Shown: positions 19,685-19,830 of the stretch, one piece after another
Numbering within the stretch: position 1 is the stretch's first letter
Layout of the letters: every line of letters begins with the position of its first letter
Source of the DNA: Octopus sinensis
Lineage: Eukaryota
Length of the DNA stretch: 19,830 nucleotides
Direction of reading: 5' to 3'
Assembly (NCBI RefSeq): GCF_006345805.1
Contig: NW_021824169.1
Location: 1-19,830 of the forward strand
The notes under the pieces: generated by a model
Seen by the model: the letters and a program-made list of their open reading frames with translations, nothing else
What the model was told of the DNA's origin: nothing
Databases searched by the model: none
Program-made: the position numbers and the translations under genes

Positions 19685-19830
19685 CGAGGCTCCGCAGGGG
19701 ATGGTGGTGATCCCTGCTGTACTCTTTCACCACAACTTTCTCTCTCACTCTTACTACCTGTTTCTGTTGTACCTGTACTTCAAAGGGCGGCCTTGTCACT
19801 CTCTGTGTCACGCTGAATATCCCCGAGAAC
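19685..19830 (+). mobile_element. Head-less tandem duplicate of the SINE body, running off the window
   Basis: 19685-19830 matches about 19408-19562 with small indels. Confidence 0.85.

Noticed and set aside
1-19830. CRISPR array, rRNA or functional tRNA genes
   Set aside because: No repeat-spacer periodicity or rRNA motifs; tRNA-like sequences are SINE heads or relics without paired acceptor stems.

Overview
AT-rich, microsatellite-dense eukaryotic DNA with no clearly supported host protein-coding gene. The SINE and repeat types resemble those of octopus/cephalopod genomes (inference). The core is a cluster of L1/Tx1-clade non-LTR retrotransposons. Copy A is full length and frameshifted (7013-13099, minus strand; ORF1 with a CCHC knuckle, ORF2 with APE endonuclease, RT and a Cys-rich C-terminus) and is bounded by a perfect 13-bp target-site duplication, GGCCCGATAGATA. 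Three truncated relatives (B, C, D) end without poly(A) in (GATA/TATC)n arrays, each oriented with the strand of its array. A more distant relative (E) is interrupted by a 400-bp non-autonomous Helitron. The window also holds a restriction-like-endonuclease (R4/Dong-like) LINE relic between trinucleotide repeats and several tRNA-derived SINEs. At the left end lie two tail-to-tail Penelope-like fragments, each with a minimal type I hammerhead-ribozyme fold; one has the compensatory G3:C8 core variant. All analysis was done by eye; coordinates of degenerate ends are approximate.
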